NCBI GenBank assembly: GCA_950097015.1
Contig: CATNEN010000039.1
Span: forward strand, 2,790,001 to 2,854,000
Direction: 5' to 3'
Length of the DNA: 64,000 bases
From: Macrostomum hystrix
Lineage: Eukaryota; Animalia; Platyhelminthes
Position numbers and translations under genes: made by a program. Below the pieces are notes generated by a model. That model was not told the DNA's origin and searched no databases. It saw nothing but the letters and a program-made list of their open reading frames with translations. This document shows positions 14,895-27,219 of the stretch, in pieces. Every line of letters starts with the position of its first letter. Position 1 is the stretch's first letter.

Positions 14895-17550
14895 GATAAA
14901 GAGAGATGGGATAAAGAGAGATGGGATAAAGAGAGATGGGATAAAGAGAGATGGGATAAAGAGAGATGGGATAAAGAGAGAGATGGGATAAAGAGAGATG
15001 GGATAAAGAGAGGTGGGATAAAGAGAGATAGGATAAAGAGAGATGGGATAAAGAGAGATGGGATAAAGAGAGATGGGATAAAGAGAGATGGGATAGAGAG
15101 AGGTGGGATAAAGAGAGGTGGGATAAAGAGAGGTGGGATAAAGAGAGGTGGGATAAAGAGAGATGGGATAAAGAGAGATGGGATAAAGAGAGGTGGGGTA
15201 AAGAGAGATGGGATAAAGAGAGATGGGATAAAGAGAGATGGGATAAAGAGAGAGTGGGATAAAGAGAGATGGGATAAAGAGAGATGGGATAAAGAGAGAT
15301 GGGATAAAGAGAGGTGGGGTAAAGAGAGATGGGATAAAGAGAGGTGGGATAAAGAGAGATGGGATAAAGAGAGATGGGATAAAGAGAGGTGGGATAAAGA
15401 GAGATGGGATAAAGAGAGATGGGATAAAGCGAGGTGGGATAAAGAGAGATGGGATAAAGAGAGGTGGGATAAAGAGAGGTGGGATAAAGAGAGATGGGAT
15501 AAAGAGAGATGGGATAAAGAGAGGTGGGATAAAGAGAGATGGGATAAAGAGAGGTGGGATAAAGAGAGGTGGGATAAAGAGAGATGGGATAAAGAGAGAT
15601 GGGATAAAGAGAGATGGGATAAAGAGAGGTGGGATAAAGAGAGATGGGATAAAGGAGAGATGGGATAAAGAGAGGTGGGGTAAAGAGAGATGGGATAAAG
15701 AGAGATGGGATAAAGCGAGGTGGGATAAAGAGAGATGGGATAAAGAGAGGTGGGATAAAGAGAGGTGGGATAAAGAGAGATGGGATAAAGAGAGATGGGA
15801 TAAAGAGAGGTGGGATAAAGAGAGATGGGATAAAGAGAGGTGGGATAAAGAGAGGTGGGATAAAGAGAGATGGGATAAAGAGAGATGGGATAAAGAGAGA
15901 TGGGATAAAGAGAGGTGGGATAAAGAGAGATGGGATAAAGGAGAGATGGGATAAAGAGAGGTGGGGTAAAGAGAGATGGGATAAAGAGAGGTGGGATAAA
16001 GAGAGATGGGATAAAGAGAGATGGGATAAAGAGAGGTGGGATAAAGAGAGGAGGGATAAATAATGATGGGATAAAGACAGATGGGATAAAGAGAGATGGG
16101 ATAAAGAGAGGAGGGATAAATAATGATGGGATAAAGACAGATGGGATAAAGAGAGATGGGATAAAGAGAGGTGGGGTAAAGAGAGATGGGATAAAGAGAG
16201 GTGGGATAAAGAGAGATGGGATAAAGAGAGATGGGATAAAGAGAGGTGGGATAAAGAGAGATGGGATAAAGAGAGATGGGATAAAGAGAGGTGGGATAAA
16301 GAGAGATGGGATAAAGAGAGGAGGGATAAATAATGATGGGATAAAGACAGATGGGATAAAGAGAAGTGGGATAAGGAGCAATCGGATAGAGAGAGATGGG
16401 ATAAAGAGACATGGGATAAAGAGAGTTACGATAAGGAGCGATGGGGTTGAGAAACATTGGGATAAATAGAGATGGGATAAAGAGAGATGGGATAAATAGA
16501 GATGGGATAAAGAGAGATGGGATAAATAGAGATGGGATAAAGAGAGATGGGATAAATAGAGATGGGATAAAGAGAGATGGGATAAAGAGAGATGGGATAA
16601 AGAGAGGTGGGATAAAGAGAGATGGGATAAAGAGAGATGGGATAAAGAGAGGTGGGATAAAGAGAGATGGGATAAAGAGAGGAGGGATAAATAATGATGG
16701 GATAAAGACAGATGGGATAAAGAGAAGTGGGATAAGGAGCAATCGGATAGAGAGAGATGGGATAAAGAGACATGGGATAAAGAGAGGTACGATAAGGAGC
16801 GATGGGGTTGAGAAACATTGGGATAAATAGAGATGGGATAAAGAGAGATGGGATAAATAGAGATGGGATAAAGAGAGATGGGATAAATAGAGATGGGATA
16901 AAGAGAGATGGGATAAATAGAGATGGGATAAAGAGAGATGGGATAAATAGAGATGGGATAAATAGAGATGGGATAAAGAGAGATGGGATAAAGAGAGATG
17001 GGATAAAGAGAGATGGGATAAATAGAGATGGGATAAAGACAGATGGGATAAAGAGAAGTGGGATAAGGAGCAATCGGATAGAGAGAGATGGGATAAAGAG
17101 ACATGGGATAAAGAGAGGTACGATAAGGAGCGATGGGGTTGAGAATATTGGGATAAATAGAGATGGGATAAAGAGAGGTGGGATAAAGAGAGATGGGATA
17201 AAGAGAGGTGGGATAAAGAGAGATGGGATAAAGAGAGATGGGATAAAGAAAGATGGGATAAAGAGAGATGGGATAAAGAGAGGAGGGATAAATAATGATG
17301 GGATAAAGACAGATGGGATAAAGAGAAGTGGGATAAGGAGCAATCGGATAGAGAGAGATCGGATAAAGAGACATGGGATAAAGAGAGGTACGATAAGGAG
17401 CGATGGGGTTGAGAAACATTGGGATAAATAGAGATGGGATAAAGAGAGGTGGGATAAAGACAGATGGGATAAAGAGAGGTGGGATAAAGACAGATGGGAT
17501 AAAGAGAGGTGGGATAAGGAGCGATGGGAGCTAGAGAGATGGGATAAAGA
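14895..17550. repeat. 15-bp satellite (GGGATAAAGAGAGAT) with higher-order structure
   Basis: Direct; about 2.6 kb. Confidence 0.97.
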
Positions 17551-17744
17551 CAAGTCAAGAAAATATATAAGAGGTAGAAGAAATGGAAAATTAGGTAGAG
17601 AATTGAGAAGAGATTGAGTGCAGATCAGTAGGTACAGGCAGAAAATGTTTGAGTCGCAAAGACTGGCGGCGCAGTGCGTGGGAATTTCGTCAGCTAAAAT
17701 TTTCTTTAAAAAAAAAGCGACAGGTGCCAGGTGCTTGCAGTTGA

Positions 17745-20700
17745 TTAGTGATTTATAGTACAATTCGAGCCAGTCCACGGCTGGCGCGCAGGTGGGCCAG
17801 CAAGGATCTGATCTAGACTGCTGACAAATTCTGCAGCGAAGTTGACGACCTGGCTAGGGACAGCTCCGCCTGTCTCTGCACTGGAATTGTTCGCATCGGG
17901 GTTGGGGACACTGCCTGACATTTGCGAGACCAGAAATTTGATAATTGTGGGGACTGGGAGGGCTCGACCTTCACGGGTAGCGTTTTCTAGCAGATCGGCG
18001 CCTTTCATTGCCAACGCGGTGACAGGCTGTCATTAAAGCACTGCAGAGCTCTGATTCGCTAGATGCAACTCACAGGCAGTAGCTTTGAGCAGCTGATCAC
18101 AGACACCTCCGAGTCTTACACCTAGCCTGGACACCCTTTGAACTCAATGGACACCCTTCAAAGCATATGGACACCTTCAAACTTAATGGACACCCTTCAA
18201 ACTTAATGGACACCCTTCAAACTCAATGGACACCCTACAAACTCGACGGACACCCTTCAAACTCGACGGACACCCTTCAAACTCGACGGACACCCTTCAA
18301 ACCTGATGGACACTCTTCAAACTCAATGGACACCCTTCAAACCCGATGGACATCCTTCAAATTCAAAAGACAACTCAGAAAATGTAAATTGACTCACTGG
18401 ACGCCCGGAGGCCCCGGCTGACCGTATCGATCAGTGTGTAGCGGTCCAGGTGCTTGCTGATGGAGATGCCGGTGCGGTGCATGCCCCTGCGCGCCAGGTT
18501 GTCCATGCGGCAGTGGTCCGGCCAGGCCAGCCGGTGGCGCTCGACCCCACTGTCTCCCAGAGCCGGGAGGAGGCCGTCCTGGGCCGGCGGCAGGCCCGAC
18601 AGCTTGGCCCAGTCGCGGCTGCCAATGCAGCTGGGCCGACCGCCGGCTGAGGAAGCGGCGAACTTCGGCTCGGTGCGCGAGCGGGTCATGAAGCTGAACG
18701 GCTGGCAGCGGGTCGGATCCGCAGCCTCCATGGCAGCCGCGGCAGTCGGGGTCAGGATGGTGACACGGCGCTTGGCCGGCTTCGCCTCCAGCTCTGCGTT
18801 GAATGCCGGCGCCACCTGAGTGGCGGACGAGTGGCGCTGGTCGATAGCCAGCAGCAGGGTGGGACTTCTGGAGCTGCTGTCAGCGCTGCAGATCACATTG
18901 TCCCTGCCCGGGATGAACTCCCTGAGGGGCGGGTTGTTGGGTAGACAGGATGGTAGGTTGTTGGGTAGACAGGGTGGTAGGTTGTTGGGTAGAGATGGTG
19001 GTAGGTGGTTGGGTAGACAGGTGGTAGGTTGTCGGGTAGACAGGGTGGTAGGTTGTTGGGTAGTGAGGGTGGTAGGTTGTTGGGTAGACTGGGTGGTAGG
19101 TTGTTGGGTAGACTGGGTGGTAGGTTGTTGGCTAGACAGGTGGCAGGTTGTTGGGTGAACAGTTCTATTGATTTAGAAAGCTAATTATTATACATGGATG
19201 GTAGAGTGAAATGTCATAATTGTTTTTGCACGCTATCCGGCGCACCGCTAGACAGAAAAGGTTTAGCAAGACTTGTTATGGTTATTTTTAAAGATTTTAT
19301 TACACAACCGATAAATACTGAAATTTTCTTTCAATGCTTCCTGAAGAGCTACATTCTTCTGAATCGTGTTATATCTTCTTTTTTAATTTAAATTCACAAC
19401 TACTCCGATTGCAAGCTCGTTCCTACACCCACCTCACTCCTGCACCCACCGCACTCCTGCACCCACCTCACTCCTGCACCCACCTCACTCCTGCACCCAA
19501 CTCACTCCTGCACCCACCGTACTCCTGCACCCACCTCACTCCTGCACCCACCTCAATCCTGCACCCAACTCACTCATGCACTCACCTCACTCCTGCACCG
19601 ACCTCACTCTTGCACCGACCTCACTCTTGCACCCACCTCACTCCTGCACCCACCTCACTCCTGCACTCACCTCACTCCTGCACTCACCTCACTCCTGCAC
19701 CCACCTCACTTCTGCACCCACCTCACTCCTGAACCCACCTCACTCCTGCACTCACCTTACTCCTGCACCCACCTCACTCCTGCACCCACCTCACTCCTGC
19801 ACCCACCTCACTCCTGCACCCACCTCACTCCTGCACCCACCTCATTCCTGAATTAGTTCTTTCGTATTTGTAAACATATTTAGAAAAAATACTAATAAAC
19901 ACAGTTTCTGTTGCCCTTGTAAGTATGTTAGTAGTATGTGACGAGTGAATAAACACAAAACAAATCATATGTGCCGAATCAAATTATGATAGAAGAACTG
20001 CTTTATCAATTATCGCAGCTGCGCAATAAATAGGCTTATTAATCCCCGGAGAACAGGTAACTAGGTAACCGTAGAGCAGGTAGCCAGATATCTCTGTTAA
20101 AATGGCTCGTATGTGACCTAATCTTACTCATATTTTAATTCTATTAGTTTATTGAAAGATTGATACGCTCACGCCGGCCAGTAAACTATTGTTATTCTAT
20201 GGTTGACCCTTCATGAACTCGAATTTAAAAGTACTTCTTGTCTGCCTGCAAGCCAGCGCTCGGGCCATAGACTATTCGTCTGGCCCGACGCGTGAGCGAA
20301 TCGGTATCGACCTGCTGAATCTTCGGCAGATTCTTCAGAAGCTTTCGAATGCGATGGTCGTCAAGCAGGCTGCAGTTAGTTCAGGGCAGGTCGATCGATT
20401 TGAAATGGTGCCGAGTTATTCAAAGGATAATGACATTTTATGGGTTGTAGGAATGCAATCGGATAGTGATGTGGGCAATGTACTCCATTGCAATCAGGGC
20501 TGTGGGACTCACTCGTACAGTCCTGAGTGCTGTGACATCATGGACTGCCTGCCACCAACGCGACCGGGCCTGTCAAGCCGGCTGTCAATCAGGAGAATGT
20601 CCGGAAGCTCGTGCAGCTGCGACTGGAAATCAGACAGGGTGTGGCCTATTTATTTACAATTCACACAGTTCATTCACAATTCACACAAAGCATTCATAAC

Positions 20701-23700
20701 TCATCAGCTATTCACGCGATTCACATTGAAACTCTGACCTGCCGCCCAGTCGAGCTGCTGCCGCTGTCGATTCTAATATCGCCACGGCCGCTGGCGCCGG
20801 CATGGCCAGTTCTCACCGAGGCTGTTATCGGGCGTGCTCGGAATCCGCCGCCGCTGCTGCCGCCCCGGCTGGCGCCGCCACCATCGCCGATGCCGTTGGT
20901 TCCGGCGGCCTCACCGCTCCCGCTGCCGCTGCCGCTGCCGCTGCTGTCACTGCGCTGCTGCTCTTCGCTGAGCGCAGTCAATGGCGGAGGCTGCGGCGGC
21001 GGCAGCTGATGCAGATTGTTGTGAATTGTTGTCTCACGACTGTCTCCATAACTGGTCATTGTGTGCGCACGGCCATGTGTTGAGTGCTGGTCTAAATGAG
21101 AAAGGGATGAATTCGGTTGCGTGGGTGAAGGAGTGAGGTGGGTGAAGGAGTGAGGTGGGGGTGGAGTGAGGTGGGTGAAGGAGTGAGGTGGGGGTGGAGT
21201 GAGGTGGGTAAATGAGTGAGGTGGGGTGGAGTGAGGTGGGTTAGAGTGATGTGGGGGTGGAGTGAGGTGGGGTGGAGTGATGTGGGGGAAGCTCACCGGT
21301 GGCAGTCAGGCTGGTGACCTCGCTACTGCCCAATCCAGAGTCGGCGAAGCTCGCCGCTCGCTTCGGTCTCTTCGGCGCTTCCGCCTCCTTTGCCGAAGAG
21401 GCCGATGCTTTCCTCTCCGTTTCTTCGCCGTTGACTTCCACCTCGCTAATCGTTGTTTTGGTCTCAATGGTCACAGTCGGTTCCTTTGCGGCCGTGGACA
21501 CCTCGTCGACCTCCTCGTCCTCTTTCTCAGTGTCGTCCGTTTCGCTCCGCAGCCGCTTCAGTCGCGTCATCAAGTCGGCTTCGAACAGCTGACGGACCGG
21601 CTCGTCATCTTCCACGTTTTCCTCTGCCGCTGAGGTGCCGGCAGCAGACGATGACAAAGCGGCTTCCGCAGCAGCCGCGGACGCCCTATCGTCCTCGACT
21701 TTGGCGGCGGCCGCTGCTTCAGCTGCCGCGGCGGCTGCTTCAGCAGCTGCTTTGGCTTCCTGAAGGCTGAGTTCAAGCTGACGATGAACCGAGTTCCAGC
21801 GCTGAAGAAAGAAACGAAAATCGGCTGATAATAGGCTAGCAATCCATTCTACACCTTCATAACCAATTATAATCTGTACCTGACTCAAGCGATCCGCACT
21901 TGAGTAGCCAAGAAACTCGAGCAGGCGTAGGGTTGCTGAACCCTTGGCCTGCATCAGCCTAAGCCGCTGCTGTGACAGAACACCCGCCTCCTTGCTCTGC
22001 TGCAAGATCGCTTCCAGCTGGGCAACCAGCTCGTCCACAATGTCCTGCAGCAGCGCCAACTCCAGATCCAATTGGCTGTACGACCGTAAGAGTAAGACTT
22101 TAGAGTAAAAGTGTTTATGAAGAGTAAAAACACAAAGTATGAGAAGCGCTGCGATTATTCGTCTTGTACTTTAAAGCAACCTCAAATGCTTGCCACCTTG
22201 CCATTGGCTAGTGTTTATCTCTCTCCCTCTCCCATACGTACACCCACCACAAGTTCGCGTATTTTCCGTTTTCCTATTGGCTAGCCTTTATTATCTCTCT
22301 CCCTGTCCTGTACACACGCCAAGCATTTGCCGCGTCGCTATTGGCTAGTGTTTTCATCTCAATCTCTCCAGTGTTTACACCCACGCCAAGTGCTATTGGC
22401 TAGTGTTCTTATCTCAATCTCTCTCCAGTGTTTACACCCTCGCTAAGTGGTTGTCTGCTATTGGCCACTGCTATGAAGGTGTTTAATGACACCAGCCAGT
22501 GGCACCTTTTAATGTCTCGAATCCGATCGCACATGGCCGCGTGGTCTGGCCCGTTAACAGTGAACTTCATCAGGCGCAGCAAACCCCTAGCAACCGGTTC
22601 CTTCTCGGGCGGCGGTGACTCCGCCAGTGTGAACCAGGGCTCAGCCAGAATCTGTTCCAGCAGCGTGAGCTTCGCCGGCGCAGCTCCGCCATCGCTGTCC
22701 ACGCCGCTTCGCTCACTCGAACCCGTTCTGGAGCTATCGTCGCCGAACTGGACTCGACGATTTCTGTCAGCTGATGCGGCGGGAGACCGGCCTATTGGCT
22801 GCTCCAGGTGCACCTGAGGCAGAGTTGGCGGCTGCTGCTGCTGCTGCTGTCGGTCTGCTGATCCTGCCGATGATGGCGCCGTTTTAAGAATTGATTGTGG
22901 CTGCTGCTGCTGCTGCTGCTGCGGCGGTGGTGGCGGTTCAGTCAGCAGCTTTTTCTCCTCACCTTCCTGTTTTTCCTGGGGACAGAATTTTAATAACTGT
23001 TTCGTGATACTACTGCTAATAATGCTTGCAGGATATGTTCAGCCAAAAGTACGGAAATGAAAGTGGGAGTTGGAACACTTCAAGATTAGAATTTAATTGA
23101 AAGGGAGCTAGTATAATAGATGTAATAATGATATTAATACGAGTAATAGCAATAATTGCAAGAGGGCTCAGGGCAATGGCATATTTTGTTGACACTAGAC
23201 CCGCAGCCAGCGAGGAGGCAATTCTGCCAATTTCGCTGAGTCCTGAGCACACAAGCACACAGATATCGTAGGCAGGCACACGCTGACACAGTTGTGTACA
23301 TCTGCCATGCCTTTCTCATCGTCGGGCAGTGTACACTCTCACTGTGCCTTGGAGGCTGGCCCTTAAGCGAGTAAATTGCACGACAAGCCCCCAAGCCTTC
23401 TCTCTGCGGCTGCGCCCCAAATGAATGTGGCCTCGCCGCGGAATCGAGCTCAGAAACCTTAATGCCAGAAGCAAACGCCTCAAACAGTTTGCCACTCACC
23501 CCCGTATAATAACTAAAATAATCGCTTTATATTCTGCAGACCTCAGTGGCATCCTTCGCTGGTTGACCCGCCTTCGCTTTTCCTTGATTTGCCACGGGCC
23601 TCTTTGTCTTCTTCACAATCGGCTTTCTGTGCTTCTTTTTAGCAGCCTTCTGCTGCTGCTGCTGCTGCTGTTGCTGCTGTTGCTCCAGCTTGTGCTGCAA

Positions 23701-25968
23701 TGGAGGCTCCGCTGGCTGCTCCTCGGCAGCCAGCCAAGCCGACGGTGTCTCCGCCGGAGCTGGTGTCGCATCGCCAGTTGCAAGTCTGGCCTCGTCACCA
23801 TCAGCAGCTTCGGCCACAGCCAGGCCGGCGATCGGTGGCAAGGTCCGCAGGTTGATGGGCCTCGCCTGGCGAGCCTGCCTGGTTGGCGTCGAGTTGGCCT
23901 CCTCGGCTCGACTCGGCGCCTGCGAAACCGAGGCTCGGCTGCTGCCTGCGGCGGCGGCAGCGGCAGCTTCCGCCTCGGCCGCCTGCCGCTGCAGCTCCTC
24001 CAGCATCTGGCGCCGGCTCTCCAGAGCGGCCTCGAGGTCGGCCAGGCTGGCGGCGCTGAGCCAGTCGCGTTCAGCTTCGGCCAGCTGCTGCTGCCGGGCC
24101 CGCTCCGCCGTGTCAAAGCTGGTCAGCGAGCGGCGCCTGCGTCGGCCGTCCTTCAATAGTTTGGATGGGGGAGAATGGAGTGCTGATCTCAGGTGAGAAC
24201 GGAGCGCTGGTCTCAGGTGAGAACGGAGTGCTGGTCTCAGGTGAGAACGGAGTGCTGGTCTCAGGTGAGAATGGAGTGCTAGTCTCAGGTGAGAATGTAG
24301 TGCTGGTCTCAGGTGAGAATAGAGTGCTGGTCTCAGGTGAGAATGGAGTGCGGGTCTCAGGTGAGAATGGAGTGCTAGTCTCAGGTGAGAATGGAGTGCT
24401 GGTCTCAGGTGAGAATGTAGTGCTGGTCTCAGGTGAGAATGGAGTGCTGGTCTCAGGTGAGAATGGAGTGCTGGTCTCAGGTGAGAATGGAGTGCTGGTC
24501 TCAGGTGAGAATGGAGTGCTGGTCTCAGGTGAGAATGGAGTGCTGGTCTCAGGTGAGAATGGAGTGCTGGTCTCAGGTGAGAATGGAGTGCTAGTCTCAG
24601 GTGAGAATGTAGTGCTGGTCTCAGGTGAGAATGGAGTGCTGGTCTCAGGTGAGAATGGAGTGCTAGTCTCAGGTGAGAATGGAGTGCTGGTCTCAGGTGA
24701 GAATGTAGTGCTGGTCTCAGGTGAGAATGGAGTGCTGGTCTCAGGTGAGAATGGAGTGCTAGTCTCAGGTGAGAATGGAGTGCTGGTCTCAGGTGAGAAT
24801 GTAGTGCTGGTCTCAGGTGAGAATGGAGTGCTGGTCTCAGGTGAGAATGGAGTGCTGGTCTCAGGTGAGAATGGAGTGCTGGTCTCAGGTGAGAACGGAG
24901 TGCTGGTCTCAGGTGAGAATGGAGTGCTAGTCTCAGGTGAGAATGTAGTGCTGGTCTCAGGTGAGAATAGAGTGCTGGTCTCAGGTGAGAATGGAGTGCG
25001 GGTCTCAGGTGAGAATGGAGTGCTAGTCTCAGGTGAGAATGGAGTGCTGGTCTCAGGTGAGAATGGAGTGCTGGTCTCAGGTGAGAATGTAGTGCTGGTC
25101 TCAGGTGAGAATGGAGTGCTGGTCTCAGGTGAGAATGGAGTGCTGGTCTCAGGTGAGAATGGAGTGCTGGTCTCAGGTGAGAATGGAGTGCTAGTCTCAG
25201 GTGAGAATGGAGTGCTGGTCTCAGGTGAGAATGTAGTGCTGGTCTCAGGTGAGAATGGAGTGCTGGTCTCAGGTGAGAATGGAGTGCTAGTCTCAGGTGA
25301 GAATGGAGTGCTGGTCTCAGGTGAGAATGGAGTGCTGGTCTCAGGTGAGAATGGAGTGCTGGTCTCAGGTGAGAATGGAGTGCTGGTCTCAGGTGAGTGT
25401 GGAGTGCTAGTCTCAGGTGAGAATGGAGTACATCACAGTACATCAGATGGTATGAAGGGCAGGCAATGAACAGCACTCGCTTACTGCAAAGTGCACTCTT
25501 GGCTCGCCGTCCTTCGGATCATAGAGCTGGCGAATCACCGAGTTTGGAATTTCACCTGGCAAATTTGTTTAGAAATTTACTTTCTTAGTTAGGTCTGCTA
25601 TGCCACAGGTATCGCCCTAAATCTGCCATCCCACAGGTATCGCCCTAAATCAGCCATCCAACAGGTATCGCCCTAAATCAGCCATCCCACTGGTATCGCC
25701 CTTAATCTGCCATCCCAAAGGTATCGCAGTCGCCAAGGATGTGCTCACAGTCGGGCGCCACCGGGTAGCGACTCCGCGGCTGTCCGCGCCCCCGCCCTCC
25801 GGCCTGCCAGGCCAGGTCCAGTTGGCTGGCGGTGGCGAGTTCAGCCACTCGGCCGAGTGGGAAGCCCAGAGCGGCGCCCGCCGGCCACGGAGTCCAGCCA
25901 CCGCTGAAAGGCGCCTGCCCGGACAGTCGGGCTGATGTTGTCGACAACTGCGGAGGTGTTAAGGCCAT
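17745..25968 (-). CDS. Multi-exon protein of unknown function (low-complexity/coiled; possible WDR87/WDR97 C-terminal-like motif)
   Basis: Phase-consistent GT-AG exons at about 25968-25749, 25555-25485, 24151-23542, 22976-22506, 22075-21297 (probable 75-nt internal intron), 21091-20739, 20623-20513, 20370-20233 and 18922-18398. The 3' end (ORF 18026-17745) is unresolved. The first junction creates YPVAPDCEIPNSVIR. Confidence 0.7.
18128..18362. repeat. 20-bp minisatellite (GGACACCCTTCAAACTCRAY)
   Basis: Direct. Confidence 0.9.
18932..19157. repeat. 24-bp minisatellite (GGGTAGACAGGGTGGTAGGTTGTT)
   Basis: Direct. Confidence 0.9.
19420..19850. repeat. 17-bp minisatellite (CTCCTGCACCCACCTCA)
   Basis: Direct. 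Confidence 0.95.
21120..21288. repeat. G-rich degenerate minisatellite (GGAGTGAGGTGGG) filling a short intron
   Basis: Direct. Confidence 0.85.
22198..22470. repeat. Degenerate intronic repeat built on CTATTGGCTAGTGTTT..TCTC
   Basis: About five ATTGGC-containing units visible. Confidence 0.7.
23150..23505 (-). mobile_element. tRNA-derived SINE family B, near full-length
   Basis: Minus strand has a degenerate tRNA head (gtggc...ctgagctcgattcc), then gaggccacattcatttgggg...cctccaaggcacagtgagag...gacgatgagaaag...gcagatgtacac. Shared with 52258-52402, 61200-61440 and 1183-1276. Confidence 0.8.
24168..25428. repeat. 24-bp intronic minisatellite (GGAGTGCTGGTCTCAGGTGAGAAT)
   Basis: Direct; about 50 copies. 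Confidence 0.97.
25600..25727. repeat. ~29-bp minisatellite (CAGGTATCGCCCTAAATCWGCCATCCCA-type)
   Basis: Direct; 4-5 copies. Confidence 0.85.
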
Positions 25969-26352
25969 GAGACTGATGCCCTTAGTCTTGAGTCCTACTC
26001 AAATTGAAATCCCAGAAACCCTGCAATAAATGAATTGCAGGAATGTTGCAGTTTTGCAATCTCCCTCCGTCCGCACCTGCTTGTTTTCAGTCTGGCTGGG
26101 TCTATTGTGCGCGCCCGACCGGCTCTTGTGCTCTCGCAAAAATTTCTGCTCTTGTTTCTGTCCCCAAGCCAATCTCGGAGCGCCCTCCACCCCAGCCGAC
26201 TGTAACCAAGGGAAAATGAGACAGAGAGAGCGGGCTAGCTCGCCATCTTGATCCTGCCGCTTCGGCCTGTACAGCCGGTGGGGGGGGGAGACGAGAGAGA
26301 GGAAATATAACAAAAAATGAGTCTTTCTTTGGGTTTGGGGGGCCGGCGCCAG

Positions 26353-26366
26353 GTTTCCATGGCAAC
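26353..26366. promoter_or_regulatory. RFX X-box
   Basis: GTTTCCATGGCAAC fits the consensus GTHNYY-AT-RRNAAC and lies ~400 bp upstream of the modelled ATG at 25968. Confidence 0.65.
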
Positions 26367-26816
26367 TATAGTTTGAGTTCTGTTCTACCGCCTTCTCTCT
26401 TTCTGTCTGTTTCTGTCTAGGCCTCGCAAGGCAGGGGAGTTTTGTTTGGCACTGAGCTCTTATCTGAAGCGTGTTTTTGCTATTCTCGAATCTCCTGTGT
26501 CAATAACAAACGCCTGGTCGGTTTGTATTGCGCAGAACAGGCTATTTAGTGAAGCAGAGAAAGCTGAGTAGAAAGTGAAAGTGCGAGATTTGCTTCAGTT
26601 AATGCTTGAGGTTCGCATCTTTCTTGGGGGCTAGTATTTAATTATTGGGCTGGCAAGCCCTCCCAGGTAGATAATTGGTTTCTATGGCGTTCTCGCCACT
26701 TTCCATTTGTTCGTTTTTACAAGGGCCGAAACACTTGCGTCTGGATGTTTCTTGACAGTGCTCAGAAACTTTGATAATGAGAGCCTCTTTTATCAGTTTG
26801 CTGGTCAAGTCACTTA

Positions 26817-26966
26817 CTGACTAGCTGAGTGATCCAAGGAGTGACTAGCTGAGTGATCCAAGGAGTGACTAGCTGAGTGATCCAAGGAGTGACTAGCTGA
26901 GTGATCCAAGGAGTGACTAGCTGAGTGATCCAAGGAGTGACTAGCTGAGTGATCCAAGGAGTGATC
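26817..26966. repeat. 24-bp near-perfect minisatellite (GTGACTAGCTGAGTGATCCAAGGA)
   Basis: Direct; about 6 copies. Confidence 0.95.
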
Positions 26967-27219
26967 TAATAAGTAATCAACAGAGATCCTTTGCATGCAA
27001 TGAAGCCCAAGGACAGTGTATATTTTCATTCTCAGATTTGCTGTCGCGCTATTGTAAAGCAACCAGTTGGACAGTGAAAATATATAATAGAAAATACGCT
27101 GATTGCCCTCTAGGGCAGTCACTGAAGATAAACAATTGACATTATTGAGTTTGCAAAGTATTGTCCTACTGGTGCACTAATCATCCATAGCAGCAATCCG
27201 TCAGCCTCAGATGAGGTAG

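Noticed and set aside
14825-17778. 864-aa, 893-aa and 450-aa ORFs
   Set aside because: They are stop-free read-through of the 15-bp satellite, open in all three minus frames, with no protein-like content.
21800-22071. FHOD/formin FH2-like segment (LLEFLGYS)
   Set aside because: The resemblance is short, part of it probably lies in a 75-nt intron, and no other FH1/FH2 sequence is present.
24165-25476. (LRPALHSH)n and (GENGVLVS)n repeat-protein ORFs
   Set aside because: The array lies inside a phase-consistent GT-AG intron (~25484-24152). Only 24151-23542 looks exonic.
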